Shown in pieces: positions 1 to 9,359 of a DNA stretch of 64,000 nucleotides; position 1 is the stretch's first letter; every line of letters begins with the position of its first letter. Position numbers and translations under genes: made by a program. Source of the DNA: an uncultured delta proteobacterium (GTDB taxonomy: Bacteria; Desulfobacterota; Binatia; Binatales; Binataceae); contig CAWJET010000002.1 of the NCBI GenBank assembly GCA_963842085.1, positions 768,001-832,000 on the forward strand. Direction: 5' to 3'. The notes under the pieces were generated by a model. The model was not told the DNA's origin and ran no database searches. It worked only from the letters and a program-made list of their open reading frames with translations.

Positions 1-817
1 CTTCGAGCCCAAATCGTTCAGCTACCCCGACCTGGCTTATCGCGACCAACAATTTCTCGACCTGGTGGGCGAGCCGGTCGAGCTGCATCACGCGATGGGC
101 GAGACGGATGACGCGACCTGGGTCTGGATGCCGACGCGGCGGCTGGCGATGGTCGGCGATTTGATCGTCTCGTCGATGCCTAACACGGGCAATCCCAACA
201 AGGTGCAGCGTTACACGCTTGAATGGGCGGAGACGCTCGAGGCGATCGCGAAGCGCGCACCGCGATACGTTCTGCCGGGACACGGACCCGCGTATCGCGG
301 CGAGCAGCTATGCAACGAGGTGCTGCGCGAGACGGCGCGCGCGCTCCGCTTCGTCCACGATGAAGTCGTGCGCCGGCTGAACGCCGGTCAATGGCCGGTG
401 GACATCGTCGAGGCCGATATCTCAATCCCGGCCGACCTCGCGGCGAAACCGTACCTGCAACCGATCTACGGATGCGTCCCGTTCGTGGTGCGCGACGTTA
501 TCCGCTGCTACGCCGGATGGTGGTCGGGCGAGCCGTCGCAGATGTTCCCGGCGACGCGCAAAGAACGCGGCGAAGACATCATGGCAATCTGCGGCCGCGA
601 CGCGATCATCGCAAAAGCGCGAGCACTAAAGGACGCATCCCAGCTCAAGCGCGCACTGGCGGTCGCCGAGATCGCGTTGAACGCGCATCCGTCGGATACT
701 GAAGCGATAACGCTGAACGCAGAAATCCTCGAGGCGATGGCGACGGGCGAGCGCTCGTTCATCGCGCGCAACTTCTTCGCCGGCGCCGCCCGCCAACTGC
801 GCGAGCACGCCAAGTAG
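1..817 (+). CDS. Alkyl-sulfatase-like metallo-beta-lactamase-fold hydrolase, 5'-truncated by the window edge
   Basis: GET-D-D, GD and LPGHG motifs; YAGWW dimerisation-domain motif; the frame appears open back to the window start. Confidence 0.8.
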   Translation, partial: FEPKSFSYPDLAYRDQQFLDLVGEPVELHHAMGETDDATWVWMPTRRLAMVGDLIVSSMPNTGNPNKVQRYTLEWAETLEAIAKRAPRYVLPGHGPAYRGEQLCNEVLRETARALRFVHDEVVRRLNAGQWPVDIVEADISIPADLAAKPYLQPIYGCVPFVVRDVIRCYAGWWSGEPSQMFPATRKERGEDIMAICGRDAIIAKARALKDASQLKRALAVAEIALNAHPSDTEAITLNAEILEAMATGERSFIARNFFAGAARQLREHAK

Positions 818-860
818 CCGCCGTGGATCTCACTGACCGCGACGACGGACATGAGATCGG

Positions 861-1439
861 TCAATGTCTGAGCAGCGATTTCCGCATCGCCTGATGTTTG
901 GTTTGCGGATGAAGCCATACATTCATAACCGCCGGACAGAATGACGGATCGTCAACCTCGCCGGTGCTCGAATCATTCAAATAGGCAAACGTCCGGTTGG
1001 TGTCCGAGCAGAAGATGACGATCTGATCACCTTGCTGAACGCTGGGAATAACCTTCTTCATTTCCGCCTGCCAGATTCGAAGCTTGCTCTCATCGCCCAC
1101 CTTAAGATCGCGCATCTCGGCGATCGCGTTCTTCACCAAAGTGTCCGCAGAGACGGCTCGGTTCGGCTCGATATCGAGCGCATGCGGCGTGGCGGCAGAC
1201 CATCGCGGGCCGACTATCCATAATGTCGCGTCGTACATCTGGATGCCCCACCACGAGTGGCGGCCGCTCCCGAACGGATGTATTCCCGGAGCCTGGGAAA
1301 GCACCTGCGGTGGCAGCGGCCTGTTCCCGCCCGGCGGAGCGGCGATCGCGGAGGTGGCGGAAATCAACACCAGGAGGATGGTCCCGAGTCGCAAAAACGC
1401 AGCGCCGGTAGGAATTCCGCGTGTCATCGCCAGCCGCAT
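861..1439 (-). CDS. Secreted chalcone-isomerase-like (Chalcone_3) protein
   Basis: Signal peptide; G-S-G..WWG..YDATLW and DPSF...WL..T....R..LL pattern. Confidence 0.7.
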   Translation of the reverse strand: MRLAMTRGIPTGAAFLRLGTILLVLISATSAIAAPPGGNRPLPPQVLSQAPGIHPFGSGRHSWWGIQMYDATLWIVGPRWSAATPHALDIEPNRAVSADTLVKNAIAEMRDLKVGDESKLRIWQAEMKKVIPSVQQGDQIVIFCSDTNRTFAYLNDSSTGEVDDPSFCPAVMNVWLHPQTKHQAMRKSLLRH

Positions 1440-1614
1440 GGTGGCCGAGAGTCAGGCGGCCCGCAACCGAAGGATATCTTCGAGCGTCATGCAAAGCGGC
1501 AGCGTATTTTCGTGCTGTTTCGACGGCATACGGCGGCTCATACCAAGCTGCGGCGTTGCCCGCAACTTCTCGCGCGAGGTCGAGCCTTGGCATCCGGGCG
1601 GACTCGTTTACGCC

Positions 1615-1651
1615 CTACTTCGGCGTGTCAGGGATCAGCTTCAACTTGCCC
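1615..1651 (-). repeat. Diverged copy of the uvrB 3' end
   Basis: 32/37 nt identical to 2729-2765; encodes [11 protein letters not shown] versus Uvr[12 protein letters not shown]. Confidence 0.85.
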
Positions 1652-1655
1652 CTCA

Positions 1656-1697
1656 TCGCCGGCGCCGCCCGCCAACTGCGCGACCGCGCGAAGTAGC
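1656..1697 (+). repeat. Diverged copy of the 3' end of the MBL hydrolase gene
   Basis: 39/42 nt identical to 777-818; encodes AGAARQLRDRAK* versus AGAARQLREHAK*. Confidence 0.85.
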
Positions 1698-1731
1698 GGA
1701 TACCTTTCGTCATCATTCCCGTGAAGGTGGC

Positions 1732-2682
1732 TCAATCTACGTCGGAAGTCCTGGTGGACCGAGGATCGGGCGCGAATAAATCGGCGTGCTGCGCGACAAA
1801 GTCGCGCACACTCAACGCGGGCCTTTTCGTGATCGCCTCGACATCGTGACTGATGCGATCATAGCGGTTGACGGAGTGCAGGCGGGCCATCGTCAGCAGA
1901 TGGTGGACGACATGCTCCGGCAGGTTGCGCTTGGCCAACTCCTGATCACGCCACTGCTCCAAAGGCACATCAACGTACCTGATGGTTCGGCCCAGCGCGC
2001 TTGAATATTCCGCCGCCACGGCATGCATGTCCTCAGACCTTGGCCCGGTCAGTTCATACACCTTGCCGATATGAGCGGCCGGGCTTGCCAAAATCGTCGC
2101 CATCACCTCGGCCACATCCGCAACCGCAACCGGAGATGTCCGCCCGGTGCCGAAGGGCAACCGGATTGTGCCATCCCGGGCAATCGATTCGGCAGCCCAG
2201 GCCAGGAAGAAGAAGTTTTCCAGGAACACCGTCGGGCGGACATGCACGACCGGCAGTCCTGACCAGCTCAAGACCTGCTCGGCGAGCAGATGCTGGCGCT
2301 GCTGCGGAGACTCCGTCATGTTGAGGAGAGTCATTTGCGACACGGTCATTTGTGAGATGTTGACGAACACCTCCAGATCGCCGCGCTCGCGCGCCACGGC
2401 TGCCGCGATGACGGTGGCCTCCAGATAGGGCGGGGACACGCTCATCCCGAAGTAAATGCGCCGGCAACCCTCCAACGCACGCGCCACATCCGCGCCCTGC
2501 GTCATGTCACCGACGACAACCTCGGCGCCGGTCGCGCGCAGCGCCTCAGCGCGTTCATCCTCGCGCCGGACCAGCGCCCGGACCGGCAGGCCGCGCCCGC
2601 GCAGCAGCTCCACGACGGTGCGGCCAACCGCGCCGACGCTACCGGCGGCGCCGGTGACAAGGATGGGGTTCTCAACCGGCAT
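1732..2682 (-). CDS. NmrA-like NAD(P)H-binding protein
   Basis: ILVTGAAG Rossmann motif, VRALVR, RPTVF, YELTGP. Confidence 0.9.
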   Translation of the reverse strand: MPVENPILVTGAAGSVGAVGRTVVELLRGRGLPVRALVRREDERAEALRATGAEVVVGDMTQGADVARALEGCRRIYFGMSVSPPYLEATVIAAAVARERGDLEVFVNISQMTVSQMTLLNMTESPQQRQHLLAEQVLSWSGLPVVHVRPTVFLENFFFLAWAAESIARDGTIRLPFGTGRTSPVAVADVAEVMATILASPAAHIGKVYELTGPRSEDMHAVAAEYSSALGRTIRYVDVPLEQWRDQELAKRNLPEHVVHHLLTMARLHSVNRYDRISHDVEAITKRPALSVRDFVAQHADLFAPDPRSTRTSDVD

Positions 2683-2728
2683 CTCGGTGTTTCACTTCCC
2701 ACTCAGGCTCGCGTTACAAGGCGCGGTG

Positions 2729-4972
2729 CTACTCCGGGCGGTCGGGGATCAGCTTCAACTTGCCCTGCTTGACGGGACGGCTGGACCGCGATGTTCCCGC
2801 TGCCGCCCCAGTCGCTGCTCCCGCGCCGCGGCGGCCTCGAGTCTTTGCCGGGATGCCGGCATCCTTTGTCTTGCCGCGCGCTTCCACGCCGGCGTGCTGA
2901 TGCGCTGAGCCGGGCGGGAGCGACGGCTGCTCGGGACGGCGCGGCTGATCCATCCCGAAGGCGTGCTGCTCGAGTTTCTTGATCTGGTCGCGCAGATCGG
3001 CGGCGCGCTCGTAGTCGAGATTCTCCGCCGCGTCCATCATCTGCTTGCGCAGCTCTGTGATCCGATCGGGCAGCTCGTGCGCGGGGATGAAGTCTTCGTC
3101 CGCCTGTTTATCGTCGCCGATTTCGGGCACCACCGCCCACTCGGGCGAGTACATCTCGACCAGCGACGCGTCGATCGCCTTGGTGATCGACATCGGCATG
3201 ATGCCGTGCTGCTCGTTGTATGCGAGTTGCTTGGCGCGCCGGCGGTTGGTCTCGCCGATAGCCTGTTCCATCGACTTGGTAACGACGTCGGCATACATCA
3301 TGACGCGGCCGTTGATGTGGCGGGCGGCGCGGCCGGTAGTCTGGATCAGCGACCGCGCCGAGCGCAGGTAGCCCTCCTTGTCGGCGTCGAGAATCGCAAC
3401 CAGCGACACCTCCGGCAGGTCGAGGCCTTCGCGCAGCAGGTTGATCCCGACCAGTACGTCGAATTCGCCCTTGCGCAGGCTGCGGATGATCTCGACCCGC
3501 TCGATCGTCTCGATGTCCGAGTGCAGGTAGCGCACGCGGACGCCGAGGTCGTGGTAATAGTCGGTCAAATCCTCGGCCATCTTCTTGGTCAGGCAGGTCA
3601 CCAGCACGCGCTCGTTCACTGCGACGCGTTTGTGAATCTCCTCGAGCAGATCATCGACCTGCGTACCGGCCTTGCGCACCTCGATTTCGGGATCGATAAG
3701 CCCGGTCGGGCGAATGAGCTGCTCGACGATGAGCCCGCCTGATTTCTCCTGTTCGTAGTCGCCGGGCGTCGCCGAAACATAGACCGCCTGCACGACGTGC
3801 GATTCCCATTCCTCGAAATTCAAGGGGCGATTGTCGAGCGCCGAAGGCAGCCGGAAGCCGAAGTCAACGAGCACCTGCTTGCGCGAACGATCGCCGCGAT
3901 ACATCCCGCCGATTTGCGGCACTGTGACGTGGCTCTCGTCGATGAAAAACAGCGAATTGTTCGGGAAGTAGTCGAGCAGTGTCGGCGGCGCCTGTCCCGG
4001 CAGGCGTCCGGTCAGGTGGCGCGAATAGTTCTCGATTCCGGGGCAGAAGCCCATCTCGGCCAGCAGCTCGAGGTCGTACATCGTGCGCTGCTCCAGGCGC
4101 TGGGCCTCCAGCAGCCGATTCTCCGTGCGGAAGAACTCGAGACGCTCTTTCAGTTCGACGCGGATGTCCCGCACCGCGATTTCCATCCGGTCCGACGTGG
4201 TCACGTAATGCGATGCCGGGTAGATCGCGACGCTTTGCAGCTTGCGTATCGCCTTGCCGCGGAGCGCGTCGATTTCGTACAACGCCTCGACTTGGTCGCC
4301 GAAGAACTCGACTCGCACCGCGCGCTGCTCTTCGTAGGCGGGAAAAATCTCGACGGTGTCGCCGCGCACCCGGAATGTCCCGCGATGAAAATCGTAGTCG
4401 TTGCGTTGATACTGGATGTCCACCAGCTTGCGCAGCATCTTGTCGCGGTCGATGGTCTGCCCCTCTTCGAGAAACACCAGCATCTCGAAGTACACCTCGG
4501 GCTCGCCCAGTCCGTAGATGCACGAGACCGACGCCACGATCAGCACGTCGTTGCGCTCGAGCAGCGCCTTGGTGGCGGAATGGCGCAGCTTGTCGATCTC
4601 GTCGTTGATGCTCGCGTCTTTCTCAATGAACGTGTCGGTCGAGGGCACGTACGCTTCGGGCTGATAGTAGTCGTAATACGAGACGAAGTAGCGGACTGCA
4701 TTTTCCGGGAACAGGCTCTTGAACTCGTTGTAGAGCTGGGCGGCCAGCGTCTTGTTTGGCGCCATCACGAGCGTCGGCCGGTTCACGCGCGCGATCACGT
4801 TGGCCATTGTGAACGTCTTGCCCGAGCCGGTGACGCCGAGCAGAACCTGGTGGGGGACGTGCTCGTTCAGATTGGCGACGATCGAATCGATCGCGGCCGG
4901 TTGGTCGCCCTCAGGCTTGTAACCCGAGACCAGCTTGAAGGTTCCCTCTTTGCCGCGCGCCAGTGAGAGCAT
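2729..4972 (-). CDS. uvrB: Excinuclease ABC subunit B
   Basis: [33 protein letters not shown]-terminal UVR domain. Confidence 0.98.
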   Translation of the reverse strand: MLSLARGKEGTFKLVSGYKPEGDQPAAIDSIVANLNEHVPHQVLLGVTGSGKTFTMANVIARVNRPTLVMAPNKTLAAQLYNEFKSLFPENAVRYFVSYYDYYQPEAYVPSTDTFIEKDASINDEIDKLRHSATKALLERNDVLIVASVSCIYGLGEPEVYFEMLVFLEEGQTIDRDKMLRKLVDIQYQRNDYDFHRGTFRVRGDTVEIFPAYEEQRAVRVEFFGDQVEALYEIDALRGKAIRKLQSVAIYPASHYVTTSDRMEIAVRDIRVELKERLEFFRTENRLLEAQRLEQRTMYDLELLAEMGFCPGIENYSRHLTGRLPGQAPPTLLDYFPNNSLFFIDESHVTVPQIGGMYRGDRSRKQVLVDFGFRLPSALDNRPLNFEEWESHVVQAVYVSATPGDYEQEKSGGLIVEQLIRPTGLIDPEIEVRKAGTQVDDLLEEIHKRVAVNERVLVTCLTKKMAEDLTDYYHDLGVRVRYLHSDIETIERVEIIRSLRKGEFDVLVGINLLREGLDLPEVSLVAILDADKEGYLRSARSLIQTTGRAARHINGRVMMYADVVTKSMEQAIGETNRRRAKQLAYNEQHGIMPMSITKAIDASLVEMYSPEWAVVPEIGDDKQADEDFIPAHELPDRITELRKQMMDAAENLDYERAADLRDQIKKLEQHAFGMDQPRRPEQPSLPPGSAHQHAGVEARGKTKDAGIPAKTRGRRGAGAATGAAAGTSRSSRPVKQGKLKLIPDRPE

Positions 4973-5239
4973 GATAAAGAAAAGAGTTTAGCAGGGTTTG
5001 CGCTTTTTGCGGAAATTCGCAGCCGAGTCAGCCGGGATCAGAACGACGGTGGAACTGCCACGGGTAACCGAACTCTGACAGCGCCGTACACCTTAGGGTA
5101 GGCAAATGGGTAGGGCAAATCTGTCGACGCGAGAACACAGGTTTACACTCCGCGCATTTGCTAGGATATGACGCCAGCGAACGACGGCATATCGATTGCC
5201 GCCTAACTTGAACGGAGTTGAGATGAGGAGAAATCACGT

Positions 5240-5740
5240 ATGAAGCATTCGAAAACCATGCTAGCCGGCCTGATTTTGTTGCTCGCGGCCGCGATGCCGT
5301 CGATGGCGATGGCACAGTACGGGGAACCGCGCTTGGACCATTTCCTCGATAGCCATCCGGGCATGAAGACCCAACTCGAGCGAAATCCCGACCTGATTTA
5401 CAACAGGAACTTCCGCAAACAGCACCCCGATCTAGAGGCGTTCATGCAGAATCATCCCAACGTCTGGGGAAAGCTCGCGGGCAGCGGTCGCTGGGGCGCC
5501 TACGGCCCCGATCACAATTGGCACGAGGCTGACTGGTGGCATGAGCACGATCCCGGCTGGCTGTACAAGAACCATCCCGAATGGGCCGAGAATCATCCGG
5601 ACTGGAGAGCCGACCAAACTAACCATCCCGAATGGTTCAGACATCCGATCGAGGCAATGCATCACGAAGAAGCCGTACATCACGAGCACGAAGAAGCCGT
5701 ACATCACGAGGAAGCCGTCGAGCACCACCACCATGACTAG
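5240..5740 (+). CDS. Secreted His/Trp-rich repeat protein
   Basis: RBS GAGGAG; signal peptide ending AMA; repeated HP-x-(W/L) motifs; HHEEAV repeats and poly-His tail. Confidence 0.75.
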   Translation: MKHSKTMLAGLILLLAAAMPSMAMAQYGEPRLDHFLDSHPGMKTQLERNPDLIYNRNFRKQHPDLEAFMQNHPNVWGKLAGSGRWGAYGPDHNWHEADWWHEHDPGWLYKNHPEWAENHPDWRADQTNHPEWFRHPIEAMHHEEAVHHEHEEAVHHEEAVEHHHHD

Positions 5741-5840
5741 TTCGACCTAGACGACTGCTCCGGACACAGTCTCTTTGCGGACGTTCGGAGCGTTATATGA
5801 GCCGAGCTTGACCGGGAAACCCGGGCACCTTCACCGCTAC

Positions 5841-5849
5841 TTATCCACA
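5841..5849 (+). promoter_or_regulatory. Single consensus DnaA box upstream of the ompA cluster
   Basis: TTATCCACA perfect match; isolated, so function is uncertain. Confidence 0.35.
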
Positions 5850-6058
5850 GCAATCCCGGGCTGCGCCGACAGAACGGCGGCCAGCCCGGGTAAAAAATCT
5901 CGCTTTTCACCCCCGGACGTGTTGCATTCTTGTTACAAATATAACTATATTTCCCCGTCAATTGGGTGGGGTAATACCCGTTTGCACATGGGTTCGCGAT
6001 TCGGGGGCAAGTGAGGGGTCCACTTCGCGCGTAGACGCATCTGGGTGAGGAGGAGTTC

Positions 6059-6778
6059 ATGAGACTGAAATCGAGGCTATTGAATGCGGTCGCCGGCGTC
6101 GCGGGTGTCGCGCTACTTGCGTCGGGCGTGAGCGGTTGCGCGTACTTGCAGCAGCCGCGTCATTGGGGAACCTGCGCGATCGTCGGAGGACTGCTTGGCG
6201 CAGGCGTCGGCGCTGCCTCTGGCATCGTCATCGCCGACAACAGCCAGAGCAAACGAAATGATCAAAGCGCCAGTAATGACGCCCGGGCTTGGGCTGGTGT
6301 GGGTGGAGCAGTCGTAGGCGCGGGAGTCGGCGCGTTAGCTGGCCACTACCTCTGCGACGAGATCATTCAGCCGCCACCGCCTCCGCCGCCACCGCCACCT
6401 CCTCCGCCGCCGCCACCTCCTCCGCCGCCGCCGGTCAAGGAGAAGCTGGTGCTCCGCGGTGTGCATTTCGACTTCAACAAGTCGAATATCCGTCCGGGTG
6501 ACGCCGCCGTTCTGGACGAGGCCGCAACGACTCTGAAGGCCAATCCGAACGTGACGATCAACGTCAACGGCTACTGCGACGCTATCGGCGGCGAGGAATA
6601 CAACCTCAAGCTGTCCGATCGCCGTGCAGACGCCGTGGTGGATTACCTGGTGAAAGCCGGAATCCCGTCGAGCCAGTTGATTCCGCACGGGTACGGCAAG
6701 ACCGATTTCGTCGCGACCAACGACACGGCCGAGGGCCGCGCCCAGAACCGGCGCGTCGAACTGGTGCCTAACGAATAG
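6059..6778 (+). CDS. OmpA-family lipoprotein 1 (glycine zipper, Pro21 linker, OmpA_C)
   Basis: Lipobox VSGC; VHFDFNKS, N..LS..RA..V and GRAQNRRVE motifs. Confidence 0.93.
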   Translation: MRLKSRLLNAVAGVAGVALLASGVSGCAYLQQPRHWGTCAIVGGLLGAGVGAASGIVIADNSQSKRNDQSASNDARAWAGVGGAVVGAGVGALAGHYLCDEIIQPPPPPPPPPPPPPPPPPPPPPVKEKLVLRGVHFDFNKSNIRPGDAAVLDEAATTLKANPNVTINVNGYCDAIGGEEYNLKLSDRRADAVVDYLVKAGIPSSQLIPHGYGKTDFVATNDTAEGRAQNRRVELVPNE

Positions 6779-6806
6779 GTCGAGCCGAGACTGAAACCGT
6801 CCGCAA

Positions 6807-6845
6807 GCGGCCGCAGTCCCCGAGGGGCTGCGGCCGCATCTTTTT
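6807..6845 (+). terminator. Intrinsic terminator (repeat copy 1)
   Basis: GCGGCCGCAGTCCC...GGGCTGCGGCCGC stem followed by a T tract. Confidence 0.8.
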
Positions 6846-6972
6846 GTGAACGAGTTATTACGAATCTCACCCTATGAAACTGATTTTCGGCCTCAATGGA
6901 CCTGCCTAAGCAAAAATGGCAGAATTCGCGCGGTTTCGGTTCCTGAATAGCTTGAACCTAGGGAGGGTGCTC

Positions 6973-7653
6973 GTGTTTAAGTGGAAGAATTGGATAGGAG
7001 CAGCGGCATCTGTCGCTCTACTGACGGTCTCGTCGTGCGCGTCGTGGACGCCTGAGCAGAAGGAGTACACAGCCATCGGAGCGGGCAGCGGCGCGCTCAT
7101 CGGTGGAGGCGTAGGGTGTGCAATTGGTCTCCAAACAGATGAAGATGATCCCAAGGCAGTAGGTCTTGGATGCGGCTTGGGCGTGCTGACCGGCGCGCTG
7201 GTCGGCGGCGTGGCCGGCTACCTGCTGGCGCCGAAGCCGGTGCCGCCGCCTCCGCCACCGCCGCCACCACCGCCGCCACCGCCACCGCCACCGCCCCCGC
7301 CGCCGCCGGTCAAGCAGAAGCTGGTGCTGCGCGGAGTGCATTTCGACTTCAACAAGGCCGTCATCCGCCCGGGTGATGCCGCCGTGCTAGACGAGGCCAT
7401 TACGACTCTGAAGGCCAATCCCAACGTCGTGATCAACGTGAACGGTTACTGCGACGCTATCGGCGACGAGGAATACAACTTGAAACTGTCACGCTACCGT
7501 GGGAACGCCGTGGCAAATTACCTGTTGAACGGCGGAATCCAAGCGACCCAGTTGAGGGTGCACGGCTACGGCAAGACCGACTTCGTCGCGACCAACAAGA
7601 CGGCTGAGGGTCGCGCTCAGAACCGGCGCGTCGAGCTGGTACCCGAAGAATAA
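6973..7653 (+). CDS. OmpA-family lipoprotein 2 (Pro22 linker)
   Basis: GGGAGG RBS then GTG at 6973; lipobox VSSC; OmpA_C motifs. Confidence 0.92.
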   Translation: MFKWKNWIGAAASVALLTVSSCASWTPEQKEYTAIGAGSGALIGGGVGCAIGLQTDEDDPKAVGLGCGLGVLTGALVGGVAGYLLAPKPVPPPPPPPPPPPPPPPPPPPPPPVKQKLVLRGVHFDFNKAVIRPGDAAVLDEAITTLKANPNVVINVNGYCDAIGDEEYNLKLSRYRGNAVANYLLNGGIQATQLRVHGYGKTDFVATNKTAEGRAQNRRVELVPEE

Positions 7654-7681
7654 GCCGGGCTGGATTCTGCACGTCCGTAAC

Positions 7682-7720
7682 CGGCCGCAGTCCCGTCGAG
7701 GGGGCTGCGGCCGCTCTTTT
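7682..7720 (+). terminator. Intrinsic terminator (repeat copy 2)
   Basis: Same stem as 6807, followed by TCTTTT. Confidence 0.8.
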
Positions 7721-7849
7721 GTGTAAACGAACTATTACGGATCTCGCGCTATCCGACGGGTTCGCTTCCCCGATGGACCTTGCTCCCCAAAAGTGGCAGA
7801 ATGCCGGAAGTTTAATTCCGGAACAGTTCGAACCTTGGGAGGGGTGCCT

Positions 7850-8533
7850 GTGCTTAAATCGAAAAGTTGGATTGCTGTAGCGGCGTGTGTCGTCCTTTTG
7901 ATGGTCTCTGGTTGCGCGAATCTATCGGCGCCTCGACGCTGGGGCACATGCGCTGTAGTCGGCGGACTCGTCGGCGCGGGCGCCGGAGCGGGAATTGGCG
8001 TCGCAATCAATGAGAACACCGGTGACCACGAAAACCAGGTCGCATGGTCGACAGGCCTCGGCGGTGCGGGTGCGGTTCTGGGCGCCCTGGCCGGACACTA
8101 CATATGCGACCCGATAATCCAACCGCCGCCACCGCCTCCGCCACCACCACCGCCTCCACCGCCTCCTCCTCCGCCGCCTCCGCCGCCGGTCCGGCAGAAG
8201 CTGGTGCTGCGCGGAGTGCACTTCGATTTCAACAAGTCGAGGATTCGGCCGGGCGATGCCGCCGTTCTGGATGAGGCCGCAGCGACTTTGAAGGCCAATC
8301 CGAACGTCACCATCAACGTCAACGGCTACTGCGATGCGATCGGCGGCGAGGAATACAACCTCAAGCTGTCCGATCGCCGTGCAGACGCCGTGGTGGATTA
8401 CCTGGTGAAAGCCGGAATCCCGTCGAGCCAGCTGATTCCGCACGGGTACGGCAAGACCGATTTCGTCGCGACCAACGACACGGCTGAGGGCCGCGCCCAG
8501 AATCGCCGCGTCGAACTGGTGCCGAACGACTAA
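7850..8533 (+). CDS. OmpA-family lipoprotein 3 (Pro22 linker)
   Basis: GGAGG RBS then GTG at 7850; lipobox VSGC; OmpA_C nearly identical to copy 1. Confidence 0.92.
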   Translation: MLKSKSWIAVAACVVLLMVSGCANLSAPRRWGTCAVVGGLVGAGAGAGIGVAINENTGDHENQVAWSTGLGGAGAVLGALAGHYICDPIIQPPPPPPPPPPPPPPPPPPPPPPVRQKLVLRGVHFDFNKSRIRPGDAAVLDEAAATLKANPNVTINVNGYCDAIGGEEYNLKLSDRRADAVVDYLVKAGIPSSQLIPHGYGKTDFVATNDTAEGRAQNRRVELVPND

Positions 8534-8562
8534 GGCCGGCCCAGGGCTGAAACGTCTGTAAC

Positions 8563-8597
8563 CGGCCGCAGTCCCACCGGGGGCTGCGGCCGCTTTT
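8563..8597 (+). terminator. Intrinsic terminator (repeat copy 3)
   Basis: Same stem, followed by TTTT. Confidence 0.75.
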
Positions 8598-8664
8598 CAG
8601 GCGCCCCGGGCCGTGCCCCGGGGTGATGACGACGGCGCGCATTTTTGCTATAGAAACCATCGCT

Positions 8665-9282
8665 ATGATGTCTATACGAACAGTAGGATTAGGAGCCGCC
8701 GCGGCGCTCGCTATCACCGCGCTGATCGTTACGTCGCCGGCTCAGGCCCAATCGCAAGCACCGAGCGCCGTCGCGCCGGCAGTTCACGCCGACAATGACG
8801 CAATAACCGGGTCGCCACCTCCTGCCACAGCATCGGATAGCGCGGCCGTTCCGGTGGCTTACGCTCCGCCGGCGCCGAAGAAGACACTGGGGCAAAAGGT
8901 CAGCGCGCTGGTGGCGAAGCTTACCCCCGATCGGATCAAGCGCGACCTCGAATTCAAGAAAGCATCCGCGTTGTTCCCCGACTTCTGCAGGCATTGGGAG
9001 CAGGATTTGCGCGAGCGCGAGGCCAACAACCGATCGAAACTGCAGTTCAGCTTGAAAGATGGTTTCGAGACCGCGACCTACACCGCCTACGGCAAGATCG
9101 CCGGCTGCGAATCGCATCAATCGAAGGACGGCTACTCGATCGGCAAGATTACCTACGAGGAATTTGTCTACTACATCGTCGGCAAGTCCGAGGACGAAGC
9201 CAGGCAAGCGACTCCCAAGACCATCAGCGACACGCGCACCACAGAGATCTTCCGCTGGGACAATGGCAAATGGTTCTACTAG
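8665..9282 (+). CDS. Secreted hypothetical protein
   Basis: Signal peptide ending AQA; Ala/Pro linker; globular C-terminus with two Cys; start uncertain. Confidence 0.7.
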   Translation: MMSIRTVGLGAAAALAITALIVTSPAQAQSQAPSAVAPAVHADNDAITGSPPPATASDSAAVPVAYAPPAPKKTLGQKVSALVAKLTPDRIKRDLEFKKASALFPDFCRHWEQDLREREANNRSKLQFSLKDGFETATYTAYGKIAGCESHQSKDGYSIGKITYEEFVYYIVGKSEDEARQATPKTISDTRTTEIFRWDNGKWFY

Positions 9283-9309
9283 CGCGGGCGTAAAATAGAG
9301 CCGGAAAGA

Positions 9310-9337
9310 AGCGCCGTTGGGAGACTCCAGCGGCGCT
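9310..9337. terminator. Hairpin between convergent genes
   Basis: AGCGCCGTTGG...CCAGCGGCGCT. Confidence 0.55.
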
Positions 9338-9359
9338 CGTCGTTTCAATTCGCGCGTTT

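Noticed and set aside
6367-8322. Poly-Gly ORFs on the minus strand
   Set aside because: They are the reverse complement of the polyproline linkers.
6059-8533. OmpA repeats as a diversity-generating retroelement or shufflon
   Set aside because: No reverse transcriptase or invertase nearby, and the differences are not adenine-specific.
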